Below are positions 29,286 through 38,132 of a stretch of DNA of 64,000 nucleotides, piece after piece. The stretch is from Bacteroidota bacterium (GTDB lineage Bacteria; Bacteroidota; Bacteroidia; Chitinophagales; Saprospiraceae): positions 37,449 to 101,448 of the forward strand of contig JBCBRY010000011.1 in NCBI GenBank assembly GCA_039819485.1. Direction: 5' to 3'. The notes below the pieces were generated by a model. That model was not told where the DNA came from. It saw nothing but the letters and a program-made list of their open reading frames with translations, and did not search any database. Position numbers and translations under genes: made by a program. Within the stretch, counting starts at the first letter, position 1; each line of letters begins with the position of its first letter.

Positions 29286-31310
29286 ATGTCCATTTACAAA
29301 TTAGATTCTAAATACCAACCGACCGGCGACCAACCGCAGGCTATCCGCAAATTGGTGGAAGGCGTTAGAAACGGCGAACCGTCCCAGGTGCTCCTCGGGG
29401 TAACGGGGTCGGGGAAGACCTTTACCATGGCCAATGTCATTGCGCAATTGGATCGCCCGGTGTTAGTTCTCACACACAATAAAACGCTGACTGCGCAGCT
29501 CTATGGCGAGTTTTGCGAATTCTTTCCGGACAATGCTGTGGAGTATTTTGTAAGTTACTACGATTACTATCAGCCGGAAGCATATATCTCCGTTACCGAT
29601 ACTTACATTGAAAAAGACTTGAATATCAATGAAGAAGTGGACAAGCTGCGACTGCGGGCAACTTCATCCCTGTTGTCGGGGCGGCGGGACATTATTATCG
29701 TTGCGTCTGTTTCGTGTATTTATGGTATGGGCAACCCTGAGGACTATAAGGGGGGGATTATCCGTATACACGAAGGGCAGCAGGTTTCGAGGAATGTTTT
29801 TTTATATAAATTGGTAGAGAGCCTCTATTCCCGGACGGAGTTTGATTTTAAACGAGCGACCTTCCGCGTTCGGGGCGACACGGTGGATATTAACCTGCCT
29901 TACGTGGATTACGGGTACCGCATTACTTTTTTCGGTGACGAAATCGAGACGATCGAAATGATCGAAATAGAAAGCGGAAAGCGGATTGAGGCGTTACGGA
30001 ACGCAGCTATTTTCCCGGCCAATCTATACATCGCCCCAAAAGAGAGAATGGGTGAAATAATCAAAGAAATAGAGGAAGAAATGTGGGGGCAGAAAAAATA
30101 TTTTGAAAAAGAAAAACGCTTCATTGAGGCGCAGCGGATAAAAGAACGGACGGAGTTCGATTTGGAAATGATACGCGAGTTGGGTTATTGCAACGGCGTG
30201 GAAAACTATTCCCGTTTCTTTGACGGCCGGAAGCCCGGAACCCGTCCTTTTTGCCTGCTCGATTATTTCCCCGACGACTATGTAATGATGATTGATGAGA
30301 GCCACGTGACTGTTCCGCAAGTACGGGGCATGTGGGGCGGCGACCGGGCCAGAAAGCTGAACCTGGTCAACTGGGGCTTCCGCCTGCCTTCCGCAATGGA
30401 CAACCGGCCTTTAAACTTTGACGAATTTCAAAGTCTTATCAATCAGGTGGTCTTCGTAAGTGCGACGCCGGGCGACTATGAAATGGAACAGACCGGCGGA
30501 GTCATCGTGGAGCAGATCATCCGGCCGACGGGACTGCTCGACCCACCGATCGAAGTGCGCCCGAGCCTCAATCAGATCGATGACTTATTGGAAGAAATTG
30601 ATGAACGGATCAAACGGAACGAGCGGGTGCTGGTCACTACCCTGACCAAACGAATGTCGGAGGAACTGGCGAAATATTTCACCAAGCTGGACCTGAAAGT
30701 CCGCTATATACATTCGGAAGTAGAAACGCTGGAACGGGTGGAAATACTCCGTGACCTGCGTCTCGGCGAATTTGATGTGTTGATTGGCGTAAACCTTTTG
30801 CGGGAAGGGCTGGATTTACCGGAGGTGTCGCTCGTTGCTATCCTCGATGCGGACAAGGAGGGGTTTCTGAGAAACGACCGTTCACTCACCCAGACGGCCG
30901 GGCGTGCAGCCAGGAACGTAAACGGACTTGTTATTTTTTATGCCGATAAAATGACCGAATCCATGCAGCGGACGATCGACGAAACAAACCGCCGCCGCTC
31001 GATTCAAATTGCTTACAATGAAAAGCACGGCATCGTTCCGAAAACGTTGGCCAAGAGCCGGGAGGAAATCCTCGCCCGTCAGTCTGTACTGGACATTCGG
31101 GGCAAGAAACATTATTACATTGAGCCCGAAGCGCCGAGCCTTGCTGCCGATCCGGTCATGGGATATTTGACCAAAGACCAAATTGAAAGAATGGTGAAAG
31201 AAACGGAGCAAAAAATGAAAAAGGCAGCGAAGGAACTGGATTTTATTACTGCGGCACAATTGCGCGATGAACTGTTTGCGTTAAAAGAAAAACTAAAAAG
31301 TGCGAATTAA
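29286..31310 (+). CDS. uvrB: Excinuclease ABC subunit B
   Basis: 674 aa; GVTGSGKTFTMA, helicase motifs, C-terminal UVR domain (AAQLRDEL). Confidence 0.95.
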   Translation: MSIYKLDSKYQPTGDQPQAIRKLVEGVRNGEPSQVLLGVTGSGKTFTMANVIAQLDRPVLVLTHNKTLTAQLYGEFCEFFPDNAVEYFVSYYDYYQPEAYISVTDTYIEKDLNINEEVDKLRLRATSSLLSGRRDIIIVASVSCIYGMGNPEDYKGGIIRIHEGQQVSRNVFLYKLVESLYSRTEFDFKRATFRVRGDTVDINLPYVDYGYRITFFGDEIETIEMIEIESGKRIEALRNAAIFPANLYIAPKERMGEIIKEIEEEMWGQKKYFEKEKRFIEAQRIKERTEFDLEMIRELGYCNGVENYSRFFDGRKPGTRPFCLLDYFPDDYVMMIDESHVTVPQVRGMWGGDRARKLNLVNWGFRLPSAMDNRPLNFDEFQSLINQVVFVSATPGDYEMEQTGGVIVEQIIRPTGLLDPPIEVRPSLNQIDDLLEEIDERIKRNERVLVTTLTKRMSEELAKYFTKLDLKVRYIHSEVETLERVEILRDLRLGEFDVLIGVNLLREGLDLPEVSLVAILDADKEGFLRNDRSLTQTAGRAARNVNGLVIFYADKMTESMQRTIDETNRRRSIQIAYNEKHGIVPKTLAKSREEILARQSVLDIRGKKHYYIEPEAPSLAADPVMGYLTKDQIERMVKETEQKMKKAAKELDFITAAQLRDELFALKEKLKSAN

Positions 31311-31423
31311 TTTCCGCTAATTTTTCATTGTGTACATTTGCCGGAAAATGAGCTATTCATCCTTAGCTGTTAGCTTTTTAAAACGCAACGGCTGAAGCTA
31401 ATAGTTAAAAGTCAAAGCCAAAA

Positions 31424-32275
31424 ATGGCCCTCGATCAAGTTGATGTAGATAAATTGGATGAAAATGGAGTCGAAAAAGAAATGTCATTTTTCGAGCACCT
31501 GGAAGAATTGCGCTGGCATATCATGCGCTCGGCAGTGGCGGTACTGATATTGGGGATTATTGCTTTTATATTGCCGGGGATTGTTTTTCAAAAGGTTATT
31601 CTCGCTCCTAAATATGAAAGTTTTGTAACGTACCAATTTTTATGCAACCTCTCTGAAAGTTTAAACCTAGGGGATAAATTATGCATTGCGCCCCGGCCTT
31701 TCGATTTTGTGAACAAGGAGTTTGGGGAGCTGTTTTTTATGCATATTAAAATTTCTTTTATCGTAGGTTTTGTTTGTGCCTTCCCTTATTTTTTCTACGA
31801 AATGTGGCGGTTTATAAAGCCCGGCTTGTATGAGTCGGAGAGGAAGGTAACCCGTTTTGCGGTTGGGGTCTGTTCCCTTTTGTTTTTTATGGGGGTGGCT
31901 TTTGGTTACTTTGTTATCTCCCCGTTTGCGGTTACTTTTTTAGCGAATTATAATTTGCCCGGTGCGGGCCAATTTCAACCGACGTTAAGTTCTTTTATTA
32001 ATTATATGGTCATGCTGACCTTGCCCGTGGGGATTGTTTTTGAGTTGCCGGTCTTGGTTTATGTTTTGGCAAGGCTTGGACTGGTAACGGCAGAATTTAT
32101 GCGTACTTACCGAAAACATGCAATAGTTGTCATCATTGTTTTGGCCAGTATCATTACACCTCCCGATATAGCCAGCCAGATATTAATTTCATTGCCGTTG
32201 GTGCTGCTTTACGAAATAAGCATCCGTATTGCCAAAAGGGTCGAGAAAAAAGAACAGGCACTCATGAAAACGTAA
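31424..32275 (+). CDS. tatC: Twin-arginine translocase subunit TatC
   Basis: MSFFEHLEELRWHI start and a 6-TM layout. Confidence 0.9.
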   Translation: MALDQVDVDKLDENGVEKEMSFFEHLEELRWHIMRSAVAVLILGIIAFILPGIVFQKVILAPKYESFVTYQFLCNLSESLNLGDKLCIAPRPFDFVNKEFGELFFMHIKISFIVGFVCAFPYFFYEMWRFIKPGLYESERKVTRFAVGVCSLLFFMGVAFGYFVISPFAVTFLANYNLPGAGQFQPTLSSFINYMVMLTLPVGIVFELPVLVYVLARLGLVTAEFMRTYRKHAIVVIIVLASIITPPDIASQILISLPLVLLYEISIRIAKRVEKKEQALMKT

Positions 32276-32278
32276 GAA

Positions 32279-32338
32279 TGAAAAATGAAAAATGAAGAAT
32301 GAAAAATCAATGGATCATTCTTCATTTTTCATTTTTCA
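32279..32338. repeat. Word-repeat hairpin with a 24-bp perfect stem (GAATGAAAAAT words)
   Basis: TGAAAAATGAAAAATGAAGAATGA (32279-32302) is the exact reverse complement of TCATTCTTCATTTTTCATTTTTCA (32315-32338), with a 12-nt loop. It starts 4 nt after the tatC stop. Confidence 0.95.
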
Positions 32339-32353
32339 CTTTTCATTAAATAC

Positions 32354-32821
32354 ATGCATCGCATTTCTTCCAACGCAACTTTGTTTTTTAAAATATTTCT
32401 TCCGACCATTTGGATGGCTTTTTTTGGTGCATTTACCCTGGTCATTTTGGTGTCGAACGTGGAGCAGTTCCCTTTATTTAATTTCCTGTATTTTAAGATT
32501 GGACTGGTGGCCTTTTTTTTTATTGGGCTGGGTATTTTTTATTTGACCGTGATGCAATTAAAAAGAGTGGAACTGGATGCAGGGCATTTATACGCGTCTA
32601 ATTATTTTAAGAATTACCGCTATGCCTTTAAGGATATCGAAAAAATAACCGAACGGGACCTCGGGCTTTTTCGTTTAAATAAAATCCATTTAAAAGCGCC
32701 GGGAAAATTCGGAAAAAAAATAACCTATATTTTGGATGAAGCGATGTTGAAAGATTTTTTTGATAAAAACCCAGAAGTGGTCGGCGTGTTTAATTCATTT
32801 AAAATAGAGAAGCGGAAATAG
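32354..32821 (+). CDS. Hypothetical membrane protein (2 TM helices plus a small soluble domain)
   Basis: 155-aa ORF with two clear hydrophobic helices. No family recognised. Confidence 0.5.
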   Translation: MHRISSNATLFFKIFLPTIWMAFFGAFTLVILVSNVEQFPLFNFLYFKIGLVAFFFIGLGIFYLTVMQLKRVELDAGHLYASNYFKNYRYAFKDIEKITERDLGLFRLNKIHLKAPGKFGKKITYILDEAMLKDFFDKNPEVVGVFNSFKIEKRK

Positions 32822-32824
32822 TTG

Positions 32825-32880
32825 TGTTGATTGCTGGTTGTTAATTTTAATGTATGGCAAATAACAACCAGCAATCAACA
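32825..32880. repeat. Word-repeat hairpin with a 19-bp perfect stem (TGTTGATTG / CAATCAACA words)
   Basis: TGTTGATTGCTGGTTGTTA (32825-32843) is the exact reverse complement of 32862-32880. It lies between convergent genes and shares words with the 14225 hairpin. Confidence 0.95.
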
Positions 32881-32884
32881 ATGA

Positions 32885-34261
32885 TCACTCCCCAAATATC
32901 TCCGCCAGTTTTGCGTCCAACTGCGGTCCCCGCAAATTTCTCGCAATTATTTTTCCCTCTTTATCCAATAGAACGGTAGCCGGTATGGAACGGACACCAT
33001 ACAGTGCAGCCGCTTCGTTTTTCCAACCTTTTAAATCGGAAACATGGTGCCACATCAGGCCGTCTTTTTCAATGGCTTGCAGCCAGCGGTCTTTGGTTTT
33101 GTCAAGACTGACACCGAGTACATCGAACCCTTTTTCGTGGTATTTTTTGTAGGCAGCGACCACATTCGGGTTTTCCCGGCGACATGGGCCGCACCAACTG
33201 GCCCAAAAGTCAACGAGCAGTACTTTGCCCCGGTGGTCGCTCAGTTTCATGGGGGTGCCTTCAGGGGTGTTCATGGTAAAATCAGGGGCAATACCGCCGG
33301 GGGCGTTGGCAGCTGCGGTTTTTATTATCTGGTTCAGTCGGGCCACTGCTTCGGGTTCTGTATCCTTGTATTTTGCGATATACTTTTTGGCATAGGTGAT
33401 GGCAAGCGGGCTTTTCTTTTGCTGCATTCCACTGATCACTCCGCCCAGTGCCAGCATGTGGGTGCGGGAATCATCAGGGATTTGAGATAATAACAGGTCG
33501 ATATAGTTCTGCTGCTTTTCTACGGGCAACCTCACACTTGCCAAAGTCTGTACCCAACCATTGATGCCTTCAAAGACCCAGGGCAGATATTCGTAACCGG
33601 GGTCGGTCCAGTCAGCCATTTGAAAATATTTGGTGGCAAAATATTCGATTTCGGTCAGGTCGCCGGTACCGTGGTTATGATAGCTCAGATAGGTATTGAG
33701 TTCCACTACTTTCGATAAAAATGAGTTTGCTTTTCTGAGGGAATCAATAAGCGCCAATTTTTCACTATCCAGCTTCCCCAACTTTAAAATGGCATCGTTG
33801 GTAGCGTTGACATTGTTTGAGCGTTCGGCATTTTGCATTTGCTGCATCAATTGGCCAAATTTTCTTTTGTGCGTATCCAATATATTTTTCAAGAGCTGGT
33901 AGTCGTTGTTCAGGTTTGACTTGGCCAAAAAAGCAGATTGGAATTTTTTACAATCTCCTCTCAGTTCTACATCATCTTCTGTTCCCAAAATAATGGGCTT
34001 GGTATTGTTGCCGTCCAGCCCGACGTGATAGAAACGAGGGGTAGTTGCAGGTAACTTGAACTGATAGGTTTCAAAATCTTCGGTCGGTGCGGAACTTATT
34101 TTTTTGAAAACGACCCCATTGAATTCATACAAATGAAGTTGACTGACTTTGTCACAGGAGTTGACCTTGCAGGTCAGCGTAATCTCAGGTTTTTCCATTG
34201 GAGGGATCATGGAAAAGCTCAGAAGTAAAAATGTAAATAGAAAAAGTATTGAATATTTCAT
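32885..34261 (-). CDS. TlpA/AhpC-TSA family thiol-disulfide oxidoreductase with a long N-terminal domain
   Basis: C-terminal thioredoxin fold with FWASWCGPC. Start moved to the M at 34261 (MKYSILFLFTFLLLSF signal peptide); the track ORF extends to 34360. Confidence 0.85.
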   Translation of the reverse strand: MKYSILFLFTFLLLSFSMIPPMEKPEITLTCKVNSCDKVSQLHLYEFNGVVFKKISSAPTEDFETYQFKLPATTPRFYHVGLDGNNTKPIILGTEDDVELRGDCKKFQSAFLAKSNLNNDYQLLKNILDTHKRKFGQLMQQMQNAERSNNVNATNDAILKLGKLDSEKLALIDSLRKANSFLSKVVELNTYLSYHNHGTGDLTEIEYFATKYFQMADWTDPGYEYLPWVFEGINGWVQTLASVRLPVEKQQNYIDLLLSQIPDDSRTHMLALGGVISGMQQKKSPLAITYAKKYIAKYKDTEPEAVARLNQIIKTAAANAPGGIAPDFTMNTPEGTPMKLSDHRGKVLLVDFWASWCGPCRRENPNVVAAYKKYHEKGFDVLGVSLDKTKDRWLQAIEKDGLMWHHVSDLKGWKNEAAALYGVRSIPATVLLDKEGKIIARNLRGPQLDAKLAEIFGE

Positions 34262-34580
34262 GCTGGCGTTTTTTCGATTCACGAAAGTGATAAAGGTAAA
34301 ATTTGAGAAATTATGTAGTAAGTCAGAGTTCCGTCCCCGGCGCACAAATGAAAGGGACATCGAGCCCCTTGTTCGATTTTGTTCGGCCCGACGCCTGCCA
34401 AAATCGAGAGTAGGAAACTGCTATTCCGGATACGCCACAAAATTTGTCAAAGAAAGATTTAAGCTGGACTTGTCTCCTACAAAGACAAAAAACATACGCA
34501 AATTTACCAAGGAAGATTTAATGGCTGGCCGGATGGCAGTCTAAATGGAGTATTTAACAGCCTATTAACGACTTGATGTC

Positions 34581-35264
34581 TCAACTAACCACTTTTCCAC
34601 CCTTGAGCCGGAGGATATTCTGGGTTTTGGCGGCCAGCTCAAGATCATGGGTAACGAGGACGAGCGTGGTGCCTTCTTCTTTATTCAGTTCGAACAGCAG
34701 TTCTTCCACCAGGTTGCCGGTGTCGGAATCGAGGTTGCCGGTTGGCTCGTCGGCGAAAAGGATTTTGGGCCGGTTGGAAAATGCCCGGGCGAGCGCTACC
34801 CTTTGCTGCTCGCCACCGGAGAGCTGGGTCGGATAGTGGTCGTGGCGGTCAGCCAGGCCAACTCTTTCGAGGAGTTTCATGGCCGTTTGGGTGGCTCCTT
34901 TTTCTCCTCTCAGTTCAATTGGCACCATGACATTCTCCAGTGCGGTAAGAGTTGGGATGAGTTGAAAGTTTTGAAAAATAAAACCTACGTGCTCGTTTCG
35001 TACACCTGCCCTGTCGTCTTCGTCCAGATGGTCAAGGTTGATGCCATTCAAAGTGACGGAGCCATTGGTTGCCCGGTCGAGGCCGGCACAGAGGCCGAGC
35101 AGTGTGGTTTTGCCACTGCCCGATGGGCCAACAATGGAAAATGTTTCACCGGGTTGAATGGTAAAACTTACATTGTCGAGCACGGTGAGGGACTTATTAC
35201 CGGAGGCGTATGTTTTGGTCAGGTTGTTTACTTGCAGCATGATGGATTTTATTTTTAAAAACAA
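34581..35264 (-). CDS. ABC transporter ATP-binding protein (LolD/MacB-type)
   Basis: Walker A GPSGSGKTT, signature LSGGEQQRVALARA, Walker B ILFADEPT. Confidence 0.9.
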   Translation of the reverse strand: MFLKIKSIMLQVNNLTKTYASGNKSLTVLDNVSFTIQPGETFSIVGPSGSGKTTLLGLCAGLDRATNGSVTLNGINLDHLDEDDRAGVRNEHVGFIFQNFQLIPTLTALENVMVPIELRGEKGATQTAMKLLERVGLADRHDHYPTQLSGGEQQRVALARAFSNRPKILFADEPTGNLDSDTGNLVEELLFELNKEEGTTLVLVTHDLELAAKTQNILRLKGGKVVS

Positions 35265-35381
35265 TGGAACGTGTCAAGGTGTGTTTGGTTGAAATGCTTC
35301 TATGGAATGTCCATTTTATTTGACGAAAAATGGCTGAACAGTATACAACCATTCAGCCATTTCTTTCTCGCACTTCTCTTA

Positions 35382-36824
35382 TTAGAACTCTGCCGTACCG
35401 GTCGCTCTCGGAAATGGAATCACGTCACGGATGTTGCTGATACCTGTAATGAACTGCACCATCCTTTCAAAACCGAGGCCGAACCCTGCGTGTGGGCAGC
35501 CACCAAATTTGCGGAGTTCGAGGTACCACCATAATTCTTCCTCGGGGATGCCCTGCGCTTCAATGCGTTCCAATAATTTATCATGGCGCTCTTCCCGTTG
35601 GGAACCACCGATCACCTCCCCGATGTATGGGAACAGGACGTCCATGGCTGCAACGGTTTCCTTACCTTCTTCGCATCCATCATTTTCCCGCATGTAAAAC
35701 GCTTTGATTTTTTTTGGATAATCACGCACGGCTACTGGTTTTTTGAAATGCTTTTCCACCAGGTAGCGCTCATGCTCCGATTGCAGGTCGTTGCCCCATT
35801 CCACAGGAAACTGGAACCTCCCCTTTTTATAAGGTTTTGAATTTTTCAAAATACGGATTGCGTCGGTGTAGGTGATGCGTTCAAAATCATTGTCGACGAC
35901 AAAACGGAGCATGTCCACCAATCCCATAGGGCGGCGGAGTTCCTGTTTCATGTTTTTTTCCGCCTGTTTGATACGGTTGTCCAGGAAGGCAAGGTCGTCG
36001 GGATAGTTGTCGAGAATGTAGTTGATGAGGTACTTGACAAAGTCTTCGGCCAGGTCCATGTTGTCATGGATGTCGTTGAAAGCGACTTCTGGCTCAATCA
36101 TCCAGAACTCCGCCAGGTGGCGGGGAGTGTTGGAATTTTCTGCCCGGAAGGTTGGCCCGAACGTATAGATTTTGCCAAGTGCCAAAGCTGCTATTTCACC
36201 TTGCAACTGACCGCTCACTGTCAGGTTGGTAGCCTTCCCAAAGAAATCTTCTTTAAAATCAATCGCTCCATCCTCCGTCCTGGGTGGGTTGCCAATATCG
36301 AGGGTCGTCACCTGAAACATTTCACCTGCGCCTTCTGCATCACTGCCGGTGATAATGGGCGTGTGCATGTAATAATAGCCCTGGTCGTTGTAATATTTAT
36401 GAATGGCAAATGCGACTGCATGACGGATACGGAACACTGCACTGAACGTGTTGGTCCGCATGCGGAAATGCGCTTTTTCGCGCAGGTATTCCATCGTCAT
36501 CCGTTTTGGCTGCAAGTAGTAATCGTCGGGTGGGCAGGCACCAAGCAGCTCGATGTTTTCCACCATGATTTCCACTGATTGTCCGGCCCCCTGCGACTCG
36601 ACCAGTTCGCCGGTGATCGCCACACAGGAGTGGAAGGTTATTTTTTTCAGAAAATTTTCTTCAAATTTTTCGAAATCAACCACGCACTGCAAGTTGTTGA
36701 AACAGGAGCCATCGTTGAGCGCAATGAATCGGTTGGCACGGAAGGCACGTACCCAGCCTTTGACCAGCACCTTTTCACCCGTCTGGGGTGATTTTAAAAT
36801 ATGAGCTATTTCTGTTCTTTTCAT
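35382..36824 (-). CDS. asnS: Asparagine--tRNA ligase
   Basis: Class IIb synthetase: OB-fold N-terminus, [36 protein letters not shown]. Start placed at MKRTEIAHI (36824). Confidence 0.9.
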   Translation of the reverse strand: MKRTEIAHILKSPQTGEKVLVKGWVRAFRANRFIALNDGSCFNNLQCVVDFEKFEENFLKKITFHSCVAITGELVESQGAGQSVEIMVENIELLGACPPDDYYLQPKRMTMEYLREKAHFRMRTNTFSAVFRIRHAVAFAIHKYYNDQGYYYMHTPIITGSDAEGAGEMFQVTTLDIGNPPRTEDGAIDFKEDFFGKATNLTVSGQLQGEIAALALGKIYTFGPTFRAENSNTPRHLAEFWMIEPEVAFNDIHDNMDLAEDFVKYLINYILDNYPDDLAFLDNRIKQAEKNMKQELRRPMGLVDMLRFVVDNDFERITYTDAIRILKNSKPYKKGRFQFPVEWGNDLQSEHERYLVEKHFKKPVAVRDYPKKIKAFYMRENDGCEEGKETVAAMDVLFPYIGEVIGGSQREERHDKLLERIEAQGIPEEELWWYLELRKFGGCPHAGFGLGFERMVQFITGISNIRDVIPFPRATGTAEF

Positions 36825-37070
36825 ATTATTCAAATGAGTGAATGAATAGAGGTAGGCCATCACGAATTTTGACCTTGCTCCAATCAAATGATTTTCATGT
36901 CTGCCCCCAAATCAAAATTCAGGATGACGCATGTTTTTCAAAGGAGTTTTTAAACAACTTCAAAATAAGCGGCGAAAATACGGGATTGCGAGTGGAAGTT
37001 TTATTTCCACAAATCAGAAATGAGTAAACGGGAAGAAGTGGTGGATCGTTCCGAAAAAATGAAGATAATA

Positions 37071-37475
37071 TCAGGCAAGGAACCGCGCCCGGATCTCGGG
37101 AGTGGGTATCATGCATTCTTCCTTTTTCCCGAACCACTTATATCTGTTTTTGGCGATGAAATCGTAAACGGCGTTGCGAATGGGCTTGGGCACGATGGTA
37201 AAAACCCGAAGAAAGCGCCACCAGCTGCCCAAGTGCTTGAAGGTTTGCAGGGCGGCATCCGACTTGGTGTACAGGCGCCCGTCACAGATCAGAACGACTG
37301 TGCTGATGTCAGGGTCTGAATAATTGAGGGCCTTCAGGTACCGCTGGCCTATCTCAGACTGGATAGGGGCAAATTTGAAAACGCCTTTTTTGTCCAGCTT
37401 GATAAGGGTATTGATAGAATCATTGCAAAAATTGCAAACCCCGTCGAACAAGATGATCGGATAGCTACTGTGCAT
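37071..37475 (-). CDS. DCC-family thiol-disulfide oxidoreductase (DUF393)
   Basis: ILFDGVCNFCN motif. Start placed at MHSSYPI, which overlaps the upstream gene end by 11 nt. Confidence 0.7.
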   Translation of the reverse strand: MHSSYPIILFDGVCNFCNDSINTLIKLDKKGVFKFAPIQSEIGQRYLKALNYSDPDISTVVLICDGRLYTKSDAALQTFKHLGSWWRFLRVFTIVPKPIRNAVYDFIAKNRYKWFGKKEECMIPTPEIRARFLA

Positions 37476-38010
37476 GATTGGCAAACCGGGGGATATGGAA
37501 GTAGGGTTCAACATATTGGAGGGCTTTTGATAGCCTTTTTTCTTTTAACCCGCTGATTAATACAAAATTAGTGTTTTGTTCTGTCAATTCCTGACGATAA
37601 AGGTTAAATAATTCTTTACGCTCGTTGGGGTGCTCCCGCTGAGGGTCGAATTGCCAGGGGATATCGGGCTGACAGAGCAGGTATAAATCATGTGGGTTGG
37701 TCTTTAACTTTTCAGTGATCCAGGGATGGCAGCGGCCATATTTCTTTTCAGACCAAATTTTGATTACCTCCAGGCTTGTGTCTAAAAAAACAGGTCTTTC
37801 GGCCTGAAGAACCATTTGCCTTTCCGTATCAAATTGTCCTTTGGCAATTGTCAACAAGTCACTTTCGCAATAAGGCCGATCCAATTGGTCAATATACGTC
37901 CGGGCATACTCCGGTACCCATTGCGTGTTAAAATGATCGGCCAATTGAGCAGCCAACGTGCTTTTCCCGGTCGACTCGGGACCGGTGATAACAATCGTTT
38001 TCAATTGCAT
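37465..38010 (-). CDS. NadR-type AAA ATPase / ribosylnicotinamide kinase-like protein
   Basis: IVITGPESTGKSTLAAQLADHFNTQWVPEYAR resembles the NadR C-terminal kinase domain. Start placed at MQLKTIV. Confidence 0.65.
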   Translation of the reverse strand: MQLKTIVITGPESTGKSTLAAQLADHFNTQWVPEYARTYIDQLDRPYCESDLLTIAKGQFDTERQMVLQAERPVFLDTSLEVIKIWSEKKYGRCHPWITEKLKTNPHDLYLLCQPDIPWQFDPQREHPNERKELFNLYRQELTEQNTNFVLISGLKEKRLSKALQYVEPYFHIPRFANHAQ

Positions 38011-38132
38011 ATCTTCTAAACAATTAACGAAGGGAAGAGTTGACCACCGATTTGGTGAACTTAGCGCTGTTACCGTTCCAAAACGGTAACAGTGCCGGCC
38101 CAAAAATTTAGAATTTTAATAAATCGGGATTT

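Noticed and set aside
32292-32546. 84-aa ORF starting MKNEKSMDHSSFFIFHFSL
   Set aside because: Its N-terminus is simply the translation of the 24-bp-stem hairpin. The overlapping 32354-32821 frame gives a coherent two-TM protein.
34647-35258. 203-aa plus-strand ORF
   Set aside because: It is antisense to the ABC ATPase gene, which has Walker A, signature and Walker B motifs.
36825-36887. N-terminal extensions of track ORFs: asnS here, and also the thioredoxin-like, NadR-like, CotH, GT4, purD, prfA, DCC and M23 genes
   Set aside because: In each case an internal Met begins the conserved N-terminus or the signal peptide (for example [31 protein letters not shown]). The extension lies in an intergenic repeat or the upstream gene.
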